From the NCBI GenBank assembly GCA_973895155.1, contig OZ316898.1, positions 17,226,752 to 17,290,751 on the forward strand: a stretch of 64,000 bases of DNA. The letters run 5' to 3'. Below, in pieces: positions 11,804-24,887 of this stretch. The stretch's first letter is position 1; every line of letters starts with the position of its first letter. The notes beneath the pieces were generated by a model. The model was not told the origin of the DNA, did not search any database, and saw only the letters and a program-made list of their open reading frames with translations. The stretch comes from Marsupella aquatica. Taxonomy: Eukaryota > Plantae > Marchantiophyta. The position numbers and the translations under genes are program-made.

Positions 11804-14800
11804 ATGGTACTTTATAAACCTCTCCTTCCGCTGCGCAAAACTGGACTTCGGGAGGTCGAAGTCTTCTTGAAATGTAGCGTCAATTGTCATCGTCGAAGTC
11901 GGAAAGAGGAACCGATTGTTTGGGCTTTCGGATGTGTCAGCATTAAGATATCAGTTAGGGGATTTGCGTTGAACTTGAGGAGCACCAGCACCCAGTTCTC
12001 TGCTCCATCAGCTAAGAAGTTACCTGGTTTGGGAGCTGGCCGGAAGAATTCGAGCACTGAGAAGAAACTGAGAACAATCTCATTGGATAGGACGATGAGT
12101 CCTCAAAGTGCTCTGTCGAATGCATGTACACCTAGGGATGAAAAGTTGGTGCAGGAGCAGAAGGATGGTTCAAATGTAAATTGTGCTGAGAATTCGGATG
12201 ATTATTCTGAGGTGGACAGAGAACCTTCTTCGAACGGCGAGAAGCTGGACAGCAGGAGCCCTTCAGGCTCCCTGAATTTTGCCCGTCTGGAGCTACCTTC
12301 TGGAGGAGAGTCGAAGGAAGTATCATCTCAAGCAGCTGAGGCAGAATTCAGTGGTGGGTAACCTGGCCTGAAGTGTCGGATGACTATATTTTCGTTCTCA
12401 ATTGACTTCTGCCTTGTTCTAGAATGATTGTTCAATGGGTTTGTTGTGCTTCTTGCTTTGCGGCTATTGCACATCCTGTATTATCTGTCCTTGGCCCCAC
12501 CAATTTGAGAAGTGAATTATAAGCTTCTTCGCCGTGGATGACAAAGTTGATACTCAGGAAGGGAAGGAAGAATTCACGGAAGGGTAAGTGAGGGTTTATT
12601 CATATTTGTGTATGTTCATTATGTAGGAAACAAGCTCCCACCTGCAGATGAGGATAGTAGTGCGATTTTAGAGACTGAGGGGATGACTCCATCATCACGC
12701 AGAGTGGCAGTGATAGGGGCTGGTGCGGCTGGTCTCGTTGCTGCCAGGGAATTGCTCCGAGAAGGCCTTGAAGTGGTCATCTTTGAGCAAGGCGAAGAGG
12801 TTGGAGGTGTATGGCAGTATGACCCAAGGGTAGAAGATGATCAGTTAGGGATTGACCCCAATCGTAGCCGAGTGCATAGCAGCATGTACCACTCATTGCG
12901 CACGAACTTGCCTCGAGAGATTATGGGATATTTGGACTACCCCTTTTTGCCCAAGGACGGGGAAGGCAGGGATGATCGACGCTACCCCGATCATAGAGAG
13001 GTCGCTAAGTACCTTGAGGACTTTTCGGAAGCTTACAACCTGAGAGGTTTGGTGAAATTTGGAGTCAGGGTGGACTATGCAGGCCAACAAGTGGTGAGAG
13101 GGTCTGACACCAAGTGGGTTGTAAAGTTCCAGAGAACTTGCGATTTCGAAATTAAGGAAGAGCCTGGTGAGAAAGATTGTCAGCACGCGGAACCAGAAAC
13201 GGAAGTCTTCGACGCAGTGGTAGTTTGCAATGGACATTACGCTGAACCACGACTTGCCCACATTCCTGGTATGGCCATCCATGCTCATCATAAATGCTCT
13301 GGTGTACATAGATGCTTTGGATACAACCGCTAATGGTCTATTCCAAACCTACGCGAAAGTACGTTGTAGTGAGTACAGTGTTGACGATCTGGTAACATTC
13401 CCCATGTAGTAGCTTGCCTTGTCCAGGTCTTCAAGGCGCTATGTCTCGAATGTCATTCCTGTACAGTAGCTTATAGTTGAAATGCATTTTCGAAGGAATC
13501 CTGACGAATCCAATTGTGGTTTTCAAATACAAACAGACCTATAGGCCAGGGCACAGACAACGTTTGTGATTGCATTTTTTGTATTGTTCATATTCGTCTA
13601 CTCTGTATACATCAGCACTTAACAGGGTAGGGTGGAGGTATGGGCAGGTATAGAGAGCTGGCCTGGCGTGCAGGTGCATAGTCACAACTACCGGTTTCCA
13701 CATCCTTTCCAAGATAAGGTGCCTACAGAATTTGGCCAGTTCAGTGCTTGAATTGTATAATACAAATGGGCATCCGAACACCCATGTCTCTGTTGTTGTT
13801 GAATGTCTACGATTTTTGTTTATTTTGGACATGTGACCACCCCTTTTTGCAGTCTGCTGTGCTTCTCACGGGATTAAAGGAATTGCAGGTAGTTGTTGTT
13901 GTAGGGAGTGGAAACAGTGCTCAAGATATCACAAGCGAAATAGCTGTTCTGGCAAAGGAAGTTCATCAATGTGCCAGAGCATGGTCGTCTATTGAATCTT
14001 TAACTGAAGGGAAAGGCCCACAGCATAATATATGGCAGCAGCCAATGGTTTTTCTCTGAACTTCCTTTTCATTTCTTAATGTAGTGGAGATTTCTGGTGT
14101 TTCTGATTGGTCAAATATTGGGATGCATTATTTCTGATTTGGCCTCAATTTCGTTATTTCCGTGAAAATTCCTAAGTGTATTGCATCCTGTGAAATTGTG
14201 ACAGGTGACAAAGGCTTGTTCTGATGGAACAGTAGAGTATCAAGATGGCAAATCTGTTGTAGCCGATATTATTTTATATTGCACAGGGTAAGACTCTGGT
14301 TTGTAAAGCGTTCAAAAAACACCTGGACAGAGCATTCGAGACTTTGGGATTTTCATTGCTCTCCTCTCTTGTCCTAAAATTCAACCACACATATCATTGC
14401 CACTCTAACGGTAGTGAGGAATCAAAGATCCTTCAATAATGTCATGTTGCGTGACCTAACGGCATGATTCTGCAGGTACTTCTTTTCTTTCCCTTTCCTG
14501 GATACCAAAGGATATATCTCTGTGGAAGACAATCGCGTTGATCCCTTGTACAAGCACGTTTTCCCACCAGCCTTGGCTCCAGAACTCTCCTTTGTTGGCG
14601 TGCCTTGGAAGGTAGGTTTTCTTTCTGAGATTCGTGACGACAGTTCAAGTGCCCAGTCTATTGTGAGTGAAACTTTTGAACCAGAATGAATCTGTCATGC
14701 CTGGGATGAAATAGAATTTGAATTTGTGCTTATTACAGATTATGATGGTCAAAAGGGACTGAGGTCCTCTATGGATCTATCCTTGAGAGGATAAATCTTG

Positions 14801-15615
14801 AACCAAAATTGAGGGTTTTGTTATCCGTTACCATCCAATTCTTAGTTTTTCTTGGTCGAGTCTCTTCTGTCAACTCTAGGTTTTGGTAATGGGAAGTCCT
14901 TGGTCTTACCATTAGGCTTGTTTTAGTATAATGACGCCCTCCCTCACGATCTTCATATTCCATTATCTTGGTATTTTCTGATGAAACTTAGCTGTGCTTT
15001 TGATTCTGCAATCAGGTTGTCCCTTTTCCTCTTATGGAGCTGCAGTCAAGGTGGATTGCAAGGCTCCTGTCAGGAAAATCATTTTTGCCCTCTGAATGTG
15101 AGATGATTTCAGATATAAAAAATCTTTATGAGCAACTCGGGACCATGAACTATCCGAAAAGCTACACCCACAATTGTGATACATATCAGGTGAGAAGCTA
15201 GGCTTTGAGGGAATTTTGCTGCGTGGATTTTTTGGTCTCTGCTTATCAGGAGAAAAGGAATAAAATGCATAACTTGATTCTTTCGTTTAAGCTGCTGTCC
15301 GCAACGAAGTGGCCCAATATAACGCTATATGCAGTTATAAGTTATAATCCTTGCTGAACTTTTACTGATGTAGTTGCTGGGCATCTGTTGCAGTACGAGT
15401 ACGGTGACTGGCTAGCACAGCAGAGTGGACACGAGCTAGTAGAGACGTGGAGGAAAGAGATTTATGCCAGTCATGCTCGAAATAGAGTGGCAAACCCTAG
15501 CACTTATCGAGATAACCTGGAAGATCAGTACTGGTTTGAAGTTGCTATGGCCTCCTTGGAAAAGGTTGCAGTTCCATCGAAGGGTCCTTCCATAGCATCT
15601 GCCAGGGTGACCTAA
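11804..15615 (+). CDS. Flavin-containing monooxygenase, FMO GS-OX-like (class B, plant clade III); 476 aa from ATG 12683, or ~678 aa with the upstream exon
   Basis: Exons: 11804-12353 (putative), 12627-13268, 13648-13718, 13889-14047, 14205-14287, 14476-14611, 15016-15189, 15394-15615. Motifs: FAD-binding GAGAAG, HSSMYHSLRTNLPRE, DAVVVCNGHY, FMO signature WPGVQVHSHNYR, NADPH-binding GSGNSA, CTGY, DNRVDPLYKHVFPP, VPFPLMELQS. The true start codon is uncertain. Confidence 0.92.
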
Positions 15616-18600
15616 CATTCTCTATAACACGTCTTAAAAGTATATCTCTCTTGTAGTCCCTAGAACACTGTAAATTGTTGATAGTATAATGATCATTATT
15701 TTCGGACACTGAATTGGTAAAATGTAGTACCGACCACCAGGTTTCCAATATTGCTGGAATAAACCTTGACAGGTTGCATTTTCATTTACAATATTCATCT
15801 TAAATTTGTGAAGATTAGAGATTCATCCAAAGGTCGAGTGATTTTATCTGATTCTCACAAATTTTGATCGGTCTAATTCTTGAATCGTAAAGTCTTTGCA
15901 AAACGGGTTCTAATATATTTTTTCAATTTTAGTGCATGAAGCCCATCGGGTCTTGCAGAGTTAGAAAGCTCACGACAGTAGCGGCTTACTTACCAGCATA
16001 ATGTATTCTGGGGCGAAGGAAGCACCAGCGTGTATCAAATGTTATACGTTGAGAACCACAGTTAAGCCCACTTGATGGTACATGAGTTTCAACTTGAGAA
16101 GAAACTGACCTTCATAAGATAGAAGAACCTTACAGGAAAGCATTAGTATTTGACCATTAGCGGGGGCGACGTTCTTGCTGCAAAACGTCCCAATTTTCAA
16201 TATCTGGTACTGTTCAGCAGTTTAAGGCAAGGAACATTTCTGTGAATCGAAGCTCAGCATATGTCCGCTGTTATGTCAGCTTGATGCACTCTCTCAGCTA
16301 GTCACCCGGAAGCCCAAAACAGTCTTTGGCCCTTGGCAGCTGACAGCCAACACAGTACAGCAAACCATACCTTAGATGCACTAACAAACGCGTAGCTCGT
16401 TTGTTGACTCCTCTACAGCCAGGCATGGGAACCCACTGCAAGAAGTCACCGGAGTCATCATCAAAGGGGAGTTCTACCACAAGCTTCTGCTTCTATAACG
16501 TTGAACAAAGTTCACAGCTCCACTTGATCCTAAAAGCTGGCTCTACATAGAAGGCACACATAAAACACATTTTGCACTGTTTTGTGAGTCACTAGGTTGT
16601 GTGTGCCTTGTTTTATGACCCATGACCAGTTCTTGTTCCATGACCCATGACCAGTTACTTGAACCTAAAAATATTGCACAATAAAATTTATATGCTACTT
16701 TGATTTGTCTTTGCCTCGTCTTTGTTTTTTGTCCATACTTGTTTCAGTTTTATCTTTAGGTAGAGTTAATGTCACTGTTGCCCATATTCATTTAAAATTT
16801 TGACCTTATTGAACCTCATTATCAATTTTGTCTATATTGGGAGTTACAGTTTAAAGGCTACACTCTAGATTTAGGCCCTTAAGCGTCGGTTTCTGTTGAC
16901 GCTTTTATAGTAAGATTTTGCACATTCGGAACACGTTTGAGAAACGGAAAAACCCTTTAGATTCCATATGTGATTTTTTGGTTTAATATCTGTCACTTGA
17001 GGGTAATTCGAGAGTAAGGAGGGCTTGGGCCCTACAAGCAAAATTCTGGGCCTTCACTAAAGGATTTTCAGTCTTGTAAAAAACATGGCATTGAACTCCA
17101 CAGATGTAAACCTGAGCTTGAAAGTGAGAGTTTGGCTCAATTGGGAGTAATGGGAGAGTACTGAAGGATAATCTTTAGGATTCCCCTTCGTGACCCTCCT
17201 ATGGTGTTTTATTTGGAGCTCTACCAGGTTTTTCACTTCTTCCAGCCAGTAGGGTGTTAGTCTACTCGGTGACTTAGTGGGTTCTTTGTTTTTTGTTCGT
17301 CACTTGTTGTGGGGGACTTTTTGGCTTGGTGGACACCTTTGGTCTTCGTGGGGCCTTCCCTTTTTCTCCCTTCCTTGATTGGGGGTTGTTTGTCTTTGGG
17401 GCCCTGTCTCCCAATATGGCACCCTGTCTCCCACTATGGTGTTTTTGTCCTTTGGCACTATGATTTATAGCTACGCACAAAAATGCAATAGGTGTGTGGG
17501 TGTTTGGGCTTCATAGGCTGGGCTACCCCCTTGTAACATTGCCTTTTTGCAGTTGTACTAAGGAAACCCTCATAGGAGGCCCACCAAAACAAACAAGGTG
17601 TTACCGGCTTGTAACTTTGACCTTTTTAAATTTGTACAGCATAACTCTCATTGGAGACACACCAAACATAGAAGGTGTATGTGCGTGTGTATGTTTATGT
17701 AGGCATCACTTGATGAGGGTTTTAGGTTTGACCTACAGACCCACAAGGACCAAACAACTTTTGACACTCTGAGCATGACTACCAAATAAAAAGGTACTTC
17801 CTGACTGAAATGTATCAGGGCTGCCAATGAACAAAACGAGTCTAATTGGGAGACAGAATTCCAAAGCCCAAAGACCCAATAAAGGGGAGAAAACTAGGAA
17901 AAACCCAAGACCAAAGAGCCAGAAGGCTCAAGAGTCCCAACAACACCAAAAGGACTACAGTCCTACTGAGCAACAACCTGAAAATACTGGTAAATCTCCA
18001 GAGTCGATCACATAAGAGGTTCCCAAAAAGAATTTTTATGGAAGCCAAAAACCAACAGTTTTGGCTCTACAAAGAATAGTGAATGCTTGAGCCTAGTGCA
18101 AAAGACGGAGGGCTCAAGTATTCAGTATGCTTCAGGATGATTTACCCAGAAAAAAAGGATGATCTACACTCAGGCTCCAAGCCACGGTGAAACATTTGGA
18201 TTATTTCCTGGGTTTTCCCTTGTTTTCTCTTTATGGGGCCCTCCAGCATTTCGGATGTCTCTCCCAGTTGGAATCCTTTGTTTGTTGACAATGGGATATG
18301 TATATATGTGGTCCATGTGTTACTTTGCTGGCTATAATTTCTGGCACAGTAGACATATTTATGGTGCATGTGATCATTATTCGTGCAGTCTCTGGGTTCT
18401 ATTCAAAGACATGCATGTGATGATAATAAATATTAATGCTAAGGGGAGGCTTTATTTCAGTTGTTTTCTTTAAGGTTGGAAGGCTACCATGGTTTATGGC
18501 ACTACTAAGGAAAGAAGCATTTGACTGGCATCAGATGTCTTGGTCTTCTTTTTGTTGCTTTGGTTTTTTATACTTCTAAAATACCCTTGTTAGCTTGGAG

Positions 18601-18664
18601 ATAGAGACATAGTGACGTTTCACATGAGATAGCTTAAGATGGTCGAAGGCATTTATGTGATAGA

Positions 18665-18739
18665 CTCCTCGAACTGAGAGCTGAACGCAGGACCTCCAGC
18701 TTGCTAAAGGTTGCTCTGGCCCACAGAGCCATAGAAGCC
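18665..18739 (-). pseudogene. Degenerate tRNA-like sequence (tRNA-Ala(AGC)-like) or SINE head
   Basis: Minus strand GGCTTCTATGGCTCTGTGGGCCAGAGCAACCTTTAGCAAGCTGGAGGTCCTGCGTTCAGCTCTC has an A-box-like segment, a TTAGCA anticodon loop and GAGGTCC..GTTC at tRNA spacing. The stems do not pair well. Confidence 0.4.
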
Positions 18740-20115
18740 TGGGTTAATATGTACAATTCTAAAAGACAACAAAGCAAGTATCTGACGTGCATCTGAAAAA
18801 ATCTTTTGGCATAGGTAAATCACAAGTCAACCTAGTTTTTGTCTCACATAAGAGAAGAGGGCCGGAACTTGTCCCCGTGGAATATTGTATTCTTGGAAAG
18901 ACCCCAATTAAAAAGTCTCATAGACATAAAAGAAATCTTTCGCCCTTTGCAGCTTAGTGGTTTCCACACGAGAAAACGCGTGGAGCAAATGTGAAGGGAA
19001 TGTGGCAGACGTGCACCTTTTCAAATCGATACTGTTGTTTGTTTATTTTCACTAGCCCGCCCTACGCATATATTTGCCAGATTTTAACTTGAGAGCCAGT
19101 GCGCCGTTTCAAATCAATACTTTTAGGCTTTTCATTTTGAGTGGCTCATTTATATGCATGTCTGTGGCATGTTTCAGCGTAAAGCATGTCCTCTACAGGA
19201 ATCCAGGGTCAAATTGTCGGGATGGCCCATTTTGGAATTAAGTTGAAAAGGTTGTCTCATCCTTGATGTCAGTACCAGGTTGGCAATTCTTTTCAATGTA
19301 AGAATTGTTGTGAATGGACAAATACCCAGTGAATCCACCACACTAGTCTCATTAGGATCATTAGAATGATATTAGGCTCATTAGTATTAAATTTCGAAGC
19401 CCCTTCTAAACAGCCCCAAACTAGCCTATTCCATTGGATATTAAGGGAGGTATTGAATGTCTAAGTTACCTACACAACAACTTTTGGTAGTGAAAAGTGT
19501 GGACAGTGAGTAGTCAAGTAAACTTTAGAGATTCATACCTCTAATTTTTTTATGAAAACTAGTAATAGTAGACTCTTTGGAAAGATCTTTCCAAGCCGTC
19601 GCTTCTAGTAAGCTCCAAAGTAGCTGGTCCAAACAGACGGGTGTCAATGAGTCAAGATATAACAGGGTGTCATGGTTGACATAGATTGAATGGTTCACAC
19701 ACTTCCTCCTGCATAGACTTGTTTGCAGCAGAGAAAACCAAGCTCCTGCCAGTCAACTTTGCAGGAAACCCAGCAAGGTGAGTGCCTCGTTCCATTGCTC
19801 GTCTAAATTGCCTGCCTGCACCTATACAGACTCCAACCAAAAGTCGAGCTGCAGGGACGAGGGGCCCCAGGAATAAGTCCCTTTGAAGAGAAGGAAAATA
19901 TAGGGCACCCTTTTGATTCCCCTCACGCCTGATCAAGTCTTTTGGTGCACTGCCAAACAACAATGAAAAAGCTCCAAACCAGGAGGCAAGATCCCAAGGA
20001 AAAGAGGTATTGTATGATGCAACACAAATTTTTGACAATTACTAACAAGTGATTCTCAATGTCTTCTGATTTTTGTGGACTTTTGCATTTCTAGTGCATT
20101 TTTAAGAATCCATAA

Positions 20116-20327
20116 GGCTACCACTCTGTACAGTATTTAGTGTCACTAAACAATAAGTGTTACTAAAAATTAGTGTCACACACACTACTAGAGGTAGCCC
20201 TTGAATTTTCATACAAGTGACACTATATCATATTAGTGTCACACGCACTAATCACAGTCACCCACCCCAAACATAACCTCACACTAAATAGAGTGTGTGA
20301 GGTTAAATACTGTAAAGAGTGATAGCC
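20116..20327. mobile_element. MITE (~212 bp) with 24-bp imperfect terminal inverted repeats
   Basis: Left end GGCTACCACTCTGTACAGTATTTA; reverse complement of right end GGCTATCACTCTTTACAGTATTTA. Internal TAGTGTCAC repeats. No clean TSD seen. Confidence 0.7.
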
Positions 20328-20507
20328 AGTTTTGCTAGCCAAAGGAGAAATTCCAAAATTGAGTTTTACTAACCAAGTTTTTGGCTGGCTAGTCTGGAGA
20401 TGAGCTTTGCTAGAGAAGTGGGGTTTCTTTCGTTGTCAGAGGAATTATTTAGTTTCCCCAAAATTGCATGCTATAATTAAACCCAAAGGAAAATAAGATT
20501 AAAAGAG

Positions 20508-21887
20508 GAGATATATACTTAGTGGACCTCCAAATGCAACTTTTTCTCTTAATGGACCAAAAGTTGCACACGCCCTCCCAGTGGACCCCAATGTTTAGAT
20601 TCTCTCCCAATGGACCCCCGGGCCCACTCCGTACAAGCATGTTCTTATGAAACACCTTGCCACACAGTTCAGGTCCACTGCATACCCTGTGGACACCGTG
20701 GTTGGTCATGTGTAGTAGGCCGTCGATAACGTCGCAGTCCACAAGCGTTGTAGCCCTGGTCGCAATTGAGCGCGGCAACATGATGGCTTCCTAGTTTTTG
20801 TGAATACAATATAGCTATTGTATTCAAACTACAATAGCCGCAATCTAGAACAATCGGAAGAATACAACATGGTCAATGTATTTACTCTACGCATGCAATG
20901 ACACGTCGCGATTCTAGGTTGCATCTGCTTTGCTTCTAGGTTGCGTCTGCTTTGGATACACAGTGGACACTGTATTCAAAGATTGCACCTAACAAAGTTA
21001 GGATTCCCCTGCCTTACATACAGGCAATAAGGCTTGCTATAATCAACAAAACCAAAACCTGTTCAACATAGAACGATAAATGTGTGTCTTGCATACAATA
21101 TGCATGTTGTATGCACATTTCCCCCGACTTTACGACGAAGACATCCCCTTGTCGAAGCCTTCCCAAATGGACAAAACTTATCATATTAAAACACAAAAAT
21201 ATGATTTGTCATGTATACACTTTGCACGTTGTATTCGGATTTTCACACTTAGGAAAAAAATTGTCCCTCTGACTTTACGAAGATGCCCCTCTTTCCCCGC
21301 CGAAGCCTGCTCAAATGGGCAAAACCTATTGTATTTCAACATAGAAATATGATTTGTCATGTATACACTTTGCACGTTGTATTTAGATTTCACACTTAGA
21401 CAAAAACTTTGTCACTCTGACTTTACGAAGACACCCCCCTCCGAAGCCTGCCCAAATGGACAAAACCTATTGTATTACAACACAGAGATATTACTTGTCA
21501 TGTATACACTTTGCAAGTTGTATTCGGATTTCACACTTAGAAAAAAAATTTGTCCCTCCAACTTTACGAAAACGCCCCCCACCAAAGTGACGGTTCATGT
21601 TTCTATGCATTGTGGTCAATGTATACATTGTGGGATACATTGATTCACTCGGAACTGCGATTGTAGTCGATCGCGTTCGGCGATGCGGTTGGACACTGAA
21701 GAACAGTAAAACATGCTGCGTTTTACAGTGACAATCTCGCGTTATAAGAACTGCACAATGTGTTAGAAGAACATCTCACACTAAATGACACCTCTGGTGG
21801 GCCCAGAGGTCCATTGGGAGGGCGTGTGCAACTTTTGGTCCATTAGCAAAACAAGTTGTATTTGGAGGTCCACTAAATATATCTCTC
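20508..21887. mobile_element. Non-autonomous Mutator-like element (MULE), 1.38 kb
   Basis: TIRs of about 80-100 bp starting GAGA (…TTAGTGGACCTCCAAAT.CAACTT…TAATGGACCAAAAGTTGCACACGCCCTCCCA.TGGACC). 10-bp TSD ATTAAAAGAG at 20498-20507 and 21888-21897. No transposase ORF. Confidence 0.88.
21125..21585. repeat. Tandem array, ~145-bp unit x ~3.2, inside the MULE
   Basis: CTTTACGA..A.CCCC…GAAGCCT..CAAATGG.CAAAAC…TTGTCATGTATACACTTTGCA.GTTGTATT..GATTT.CACACTTAG recurs at ~21128, 21273 and 21421, with a partial copy at 21562. Confidence 0.9.
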
Positions 21888-22772
21888 ATTAAAAGAGTCC
21901 CAAAAGTTCATAGTCTCCACAGTCACTCCAGACCTCTTTAGTTCAGTTCCGTGCAAATCGAGTCTCTCCCTCATCGAATGACTTCTACCGTGGACTGTCA
22001 GGGCACAATTGGAGAAGTACTGAGCTCGACGATTGTGAGCTTGTGGCCGTGCTTTGTGCAGAACTGGGAGGGGACCTGTTCGTTCCGACACCACAGGGAG
22101 AGCCCAAAGTGTCAATAGTTCCCATGTGCTGCAGTGCAGGGGGGAGGCACAGCGAAACAAAGCATGGCACGACATAATAACTATTATCCTCTGTTGCTTT
22201 CTGGTGAATGGGATCTCCGATCTTGTCAAGAGTCTAGTCGGCCAGATTGCAGAGGGAGGCCCCCTATCCACGGCAATTTATAATGGTTTTTTCTTCTTCT
22301 GATTCTCTTGTGGGCCAGGGTGGTGAATGCCACCTTGTGTGAACAAGACGGTGCTAAGAATATTGGATATATAGCTTTCCTAGATTGATTTTTCACAATA
22401 ATATCTCCCTAGATAACAGGATTTTCTGGCTAGTGAGGTACGTGGCAAACTGCTTAACGGTTGAACGTAGTGAAGTTTGTCACTAAAAAACGAATTATTA
22501 AGGTTTTTTTATTGTTGTCAGGGTGGCAAATGCCATCTTCTCGGTATGAGAAGTTTCTAAAAGTATTTGTAATGTCATTTTCCTAAATTAGTTTCTCACC
22601 ATTAGACCTCCCAATGGGTAGCCGTCAGATTCTGGTTAATACGATCTCTGGCTCCCAATTTAAGGGTAGGCGTCAGATTCTGGTAAATAAGGTCCCTGGC
22701 TAGGTGGGAAAACTGGCCAATCAAAGCCAAAAATGTCCTGGCAGAGACCTTCCAATGACGTCGAAATTTGGT

Positions 22773-22992
22773 GAAGTTTGGCCACTTAGAAAATGCTGGA
22801 GAGAGGCACCCTAAAACCTAAACCCAGGCTCATGATCACTAGAGAGGAAAAACACCTCCACCCCGGGACCTCCACGCTAGACTTTCCAACGAGGTCAAAC
22901 TTTCGTGAAGTTTGGCCACTAAGAATTTGCTGGAGAGAGGCACCCTAAAACCTAAACCCAGCCGCATGTTCACTAGAGAGGAAAAACACCTC
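22773..22992. repeat. Tandem duplication (~133-bp period) containing a degenerate telomere-like motif
   Basis: GAAGTTTGGCCACT.AGAA..TGCTGGAGAGAGGCACCCTAAAACCTAAACCCAG…CACTAGAGAGGAAAAACACCTCC occurs twice. Confidence 0.85.
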
Positions 22993-24887
22993 CCTTAGCG
23001 TGGCCTTACAAGATGACACTGACACTTGTGATCGTTTTTAAAACTGGAGGGCCATCTCTTACTCTAAAGTTAGATTCGCGACCAACATACTTCTTTTTCA
23101 CAAAAAACATTTCTTGTTATCGATAGACTCTTGACCAAACAATCTTTTGGCATGTCTTCAATAAATGCAAAGCAAGGAGGAAAAGTTTGCAATTGTTGGA
23201 CCATGTCCACTGGTAGTCTAAAATTCTATACAAAAAAGTACCCCACATCAGCAATTCAACGGTGCCAGCTAGTTTTTGTAAAGCCAATTACAATCATTTC
23301 CATTCAATCTAGGGACTATTTAATCTCAGAAAATATAAAAATAAACCCACCGACTTCTCTGAAAGTCACCCTCAATAGATATCACACTGCCAAAAGATAG
23401 GAGCGCCAAACCTGGAAACATGATCCAAAGACAAAAGAACCCAATAAAAGAGGAGACCCTGAAAAGACCAAAGAGACGCTATGTTTACTGTGCGATCATG
23501 TAGCATTTGGCGTGGGCATTTAGCGTGAGGAGGGTCGAGCGAGTGGAGCGCTGGAGCATGGGGCGCAGCTGGACCGCTGAGAAACAGCAGACGGTGAGCT
23601 ATCGTTTGGGTCTGGTACCGACGGTTACTGCTGGGATACGGTGGTCCGTGGGGAATCCTCCGCCTCGGACCTACGGTGCTACGGTAACGGTCACCTGATC
23701 AAACAAAACTCACTGTACTTTACACTTTACGGTGCAGGGTCGCTCCTATCCGACTGTCAGTTACACCACTGCTTTGGGCTGCAACAGCTCCAAGCCGCGT
23801 GTCGATCTCCTTTTGCGCTGGGCATGGGTCTCATCCAACAGCTGGTCGACATGCAGGCAAGGAAACACGCCGTGTCAGGAATGCACGACAGTATCGTTAT
23901 ATGTCAGTGTTCGTCTGACCCTACGGCGGGACATTCTCCCGCGTTGGCTTTATTAGTTTATTTTGTCAAGTAGTAGTAGGCCCGCTATGTCGTACCGGAG
24001 GCTGAAGGGTCGCTTTTTGTGTGTATAGTTTTTTTTGGTGCTATAATTGACAGCACTATGGTGACACTGCGTAGTAAAGCAAACTGGGAACTTTTTGCGT
24101 TATTGCAAAACTTTAGGAGCTGCTATATACTTCGAATTGTGCACGTTTGGCCACCCTATATATTGAAGGGACCGAGTTTCCTGGGCTAAAAAACTTAAGT
24201 TCCCCTATTTTCTGGCCTTGGGAGGAAGAGAAAACCAAAAAGTTTACTATGGGTGATCACAGGTAGAATGAATTGTGTATGCATCTTCTTCTTTTTCTGG
24301 GAACTTGGCAATTTATTAAAATGACCACTGTAGCAAAGACCAGCTGGGCACAAAACAATACAAGCCAAGGGCCAAGAAACACCACAATCAACACCAGAAA
24401 GCCAACACCACAACAGTCCTCACAGCTGTCTTCAGACAGAAGGGCCAAGAGGTAGCTGAAACCAAAAACTAATCCACACGAAAGAAAGGCAAAGCACTAA
24501 CTTCCTATAGTTAACTTCAACATAATGCAAGAGCTATACTTGATTCTCAAAATGAAAAATGTTCCTTGATGGATCCCATGAGTGATTCAGACTCTTGATG
24601 GACCTTAGATTAATGTACCAAAATCTCATGAGGCCCCATGAGATCAATCACTTGTATATCTCGACACAATGGAAAAGGGTGTGGGATTTGACCAGGCACT
24701 AGTACACAGCTGCACAGCTTGACCGGCATATACAGGAAAAGGGAAGGCACTTTATTAGAGTAGATGTATGTGTTTTTCAGCCCTAAGGGAGAGATGGATA
24801 TATTCTGCAATGCTGTTAAATTCAAAACCATTGGTGCAGATTTTCAGGGAAATCACATCCAGTCCTTGTGCAAAATTTCAGGAGAAC

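Noticed and set aside
17827-18079. Possible LINE/RTE reverse-transcriptase C-terminal relic (RFPKRIF)
   Set aside because: The match is too short, lies in low-complexity dispersed repeat sequence, and no RT core motifs are nearby.
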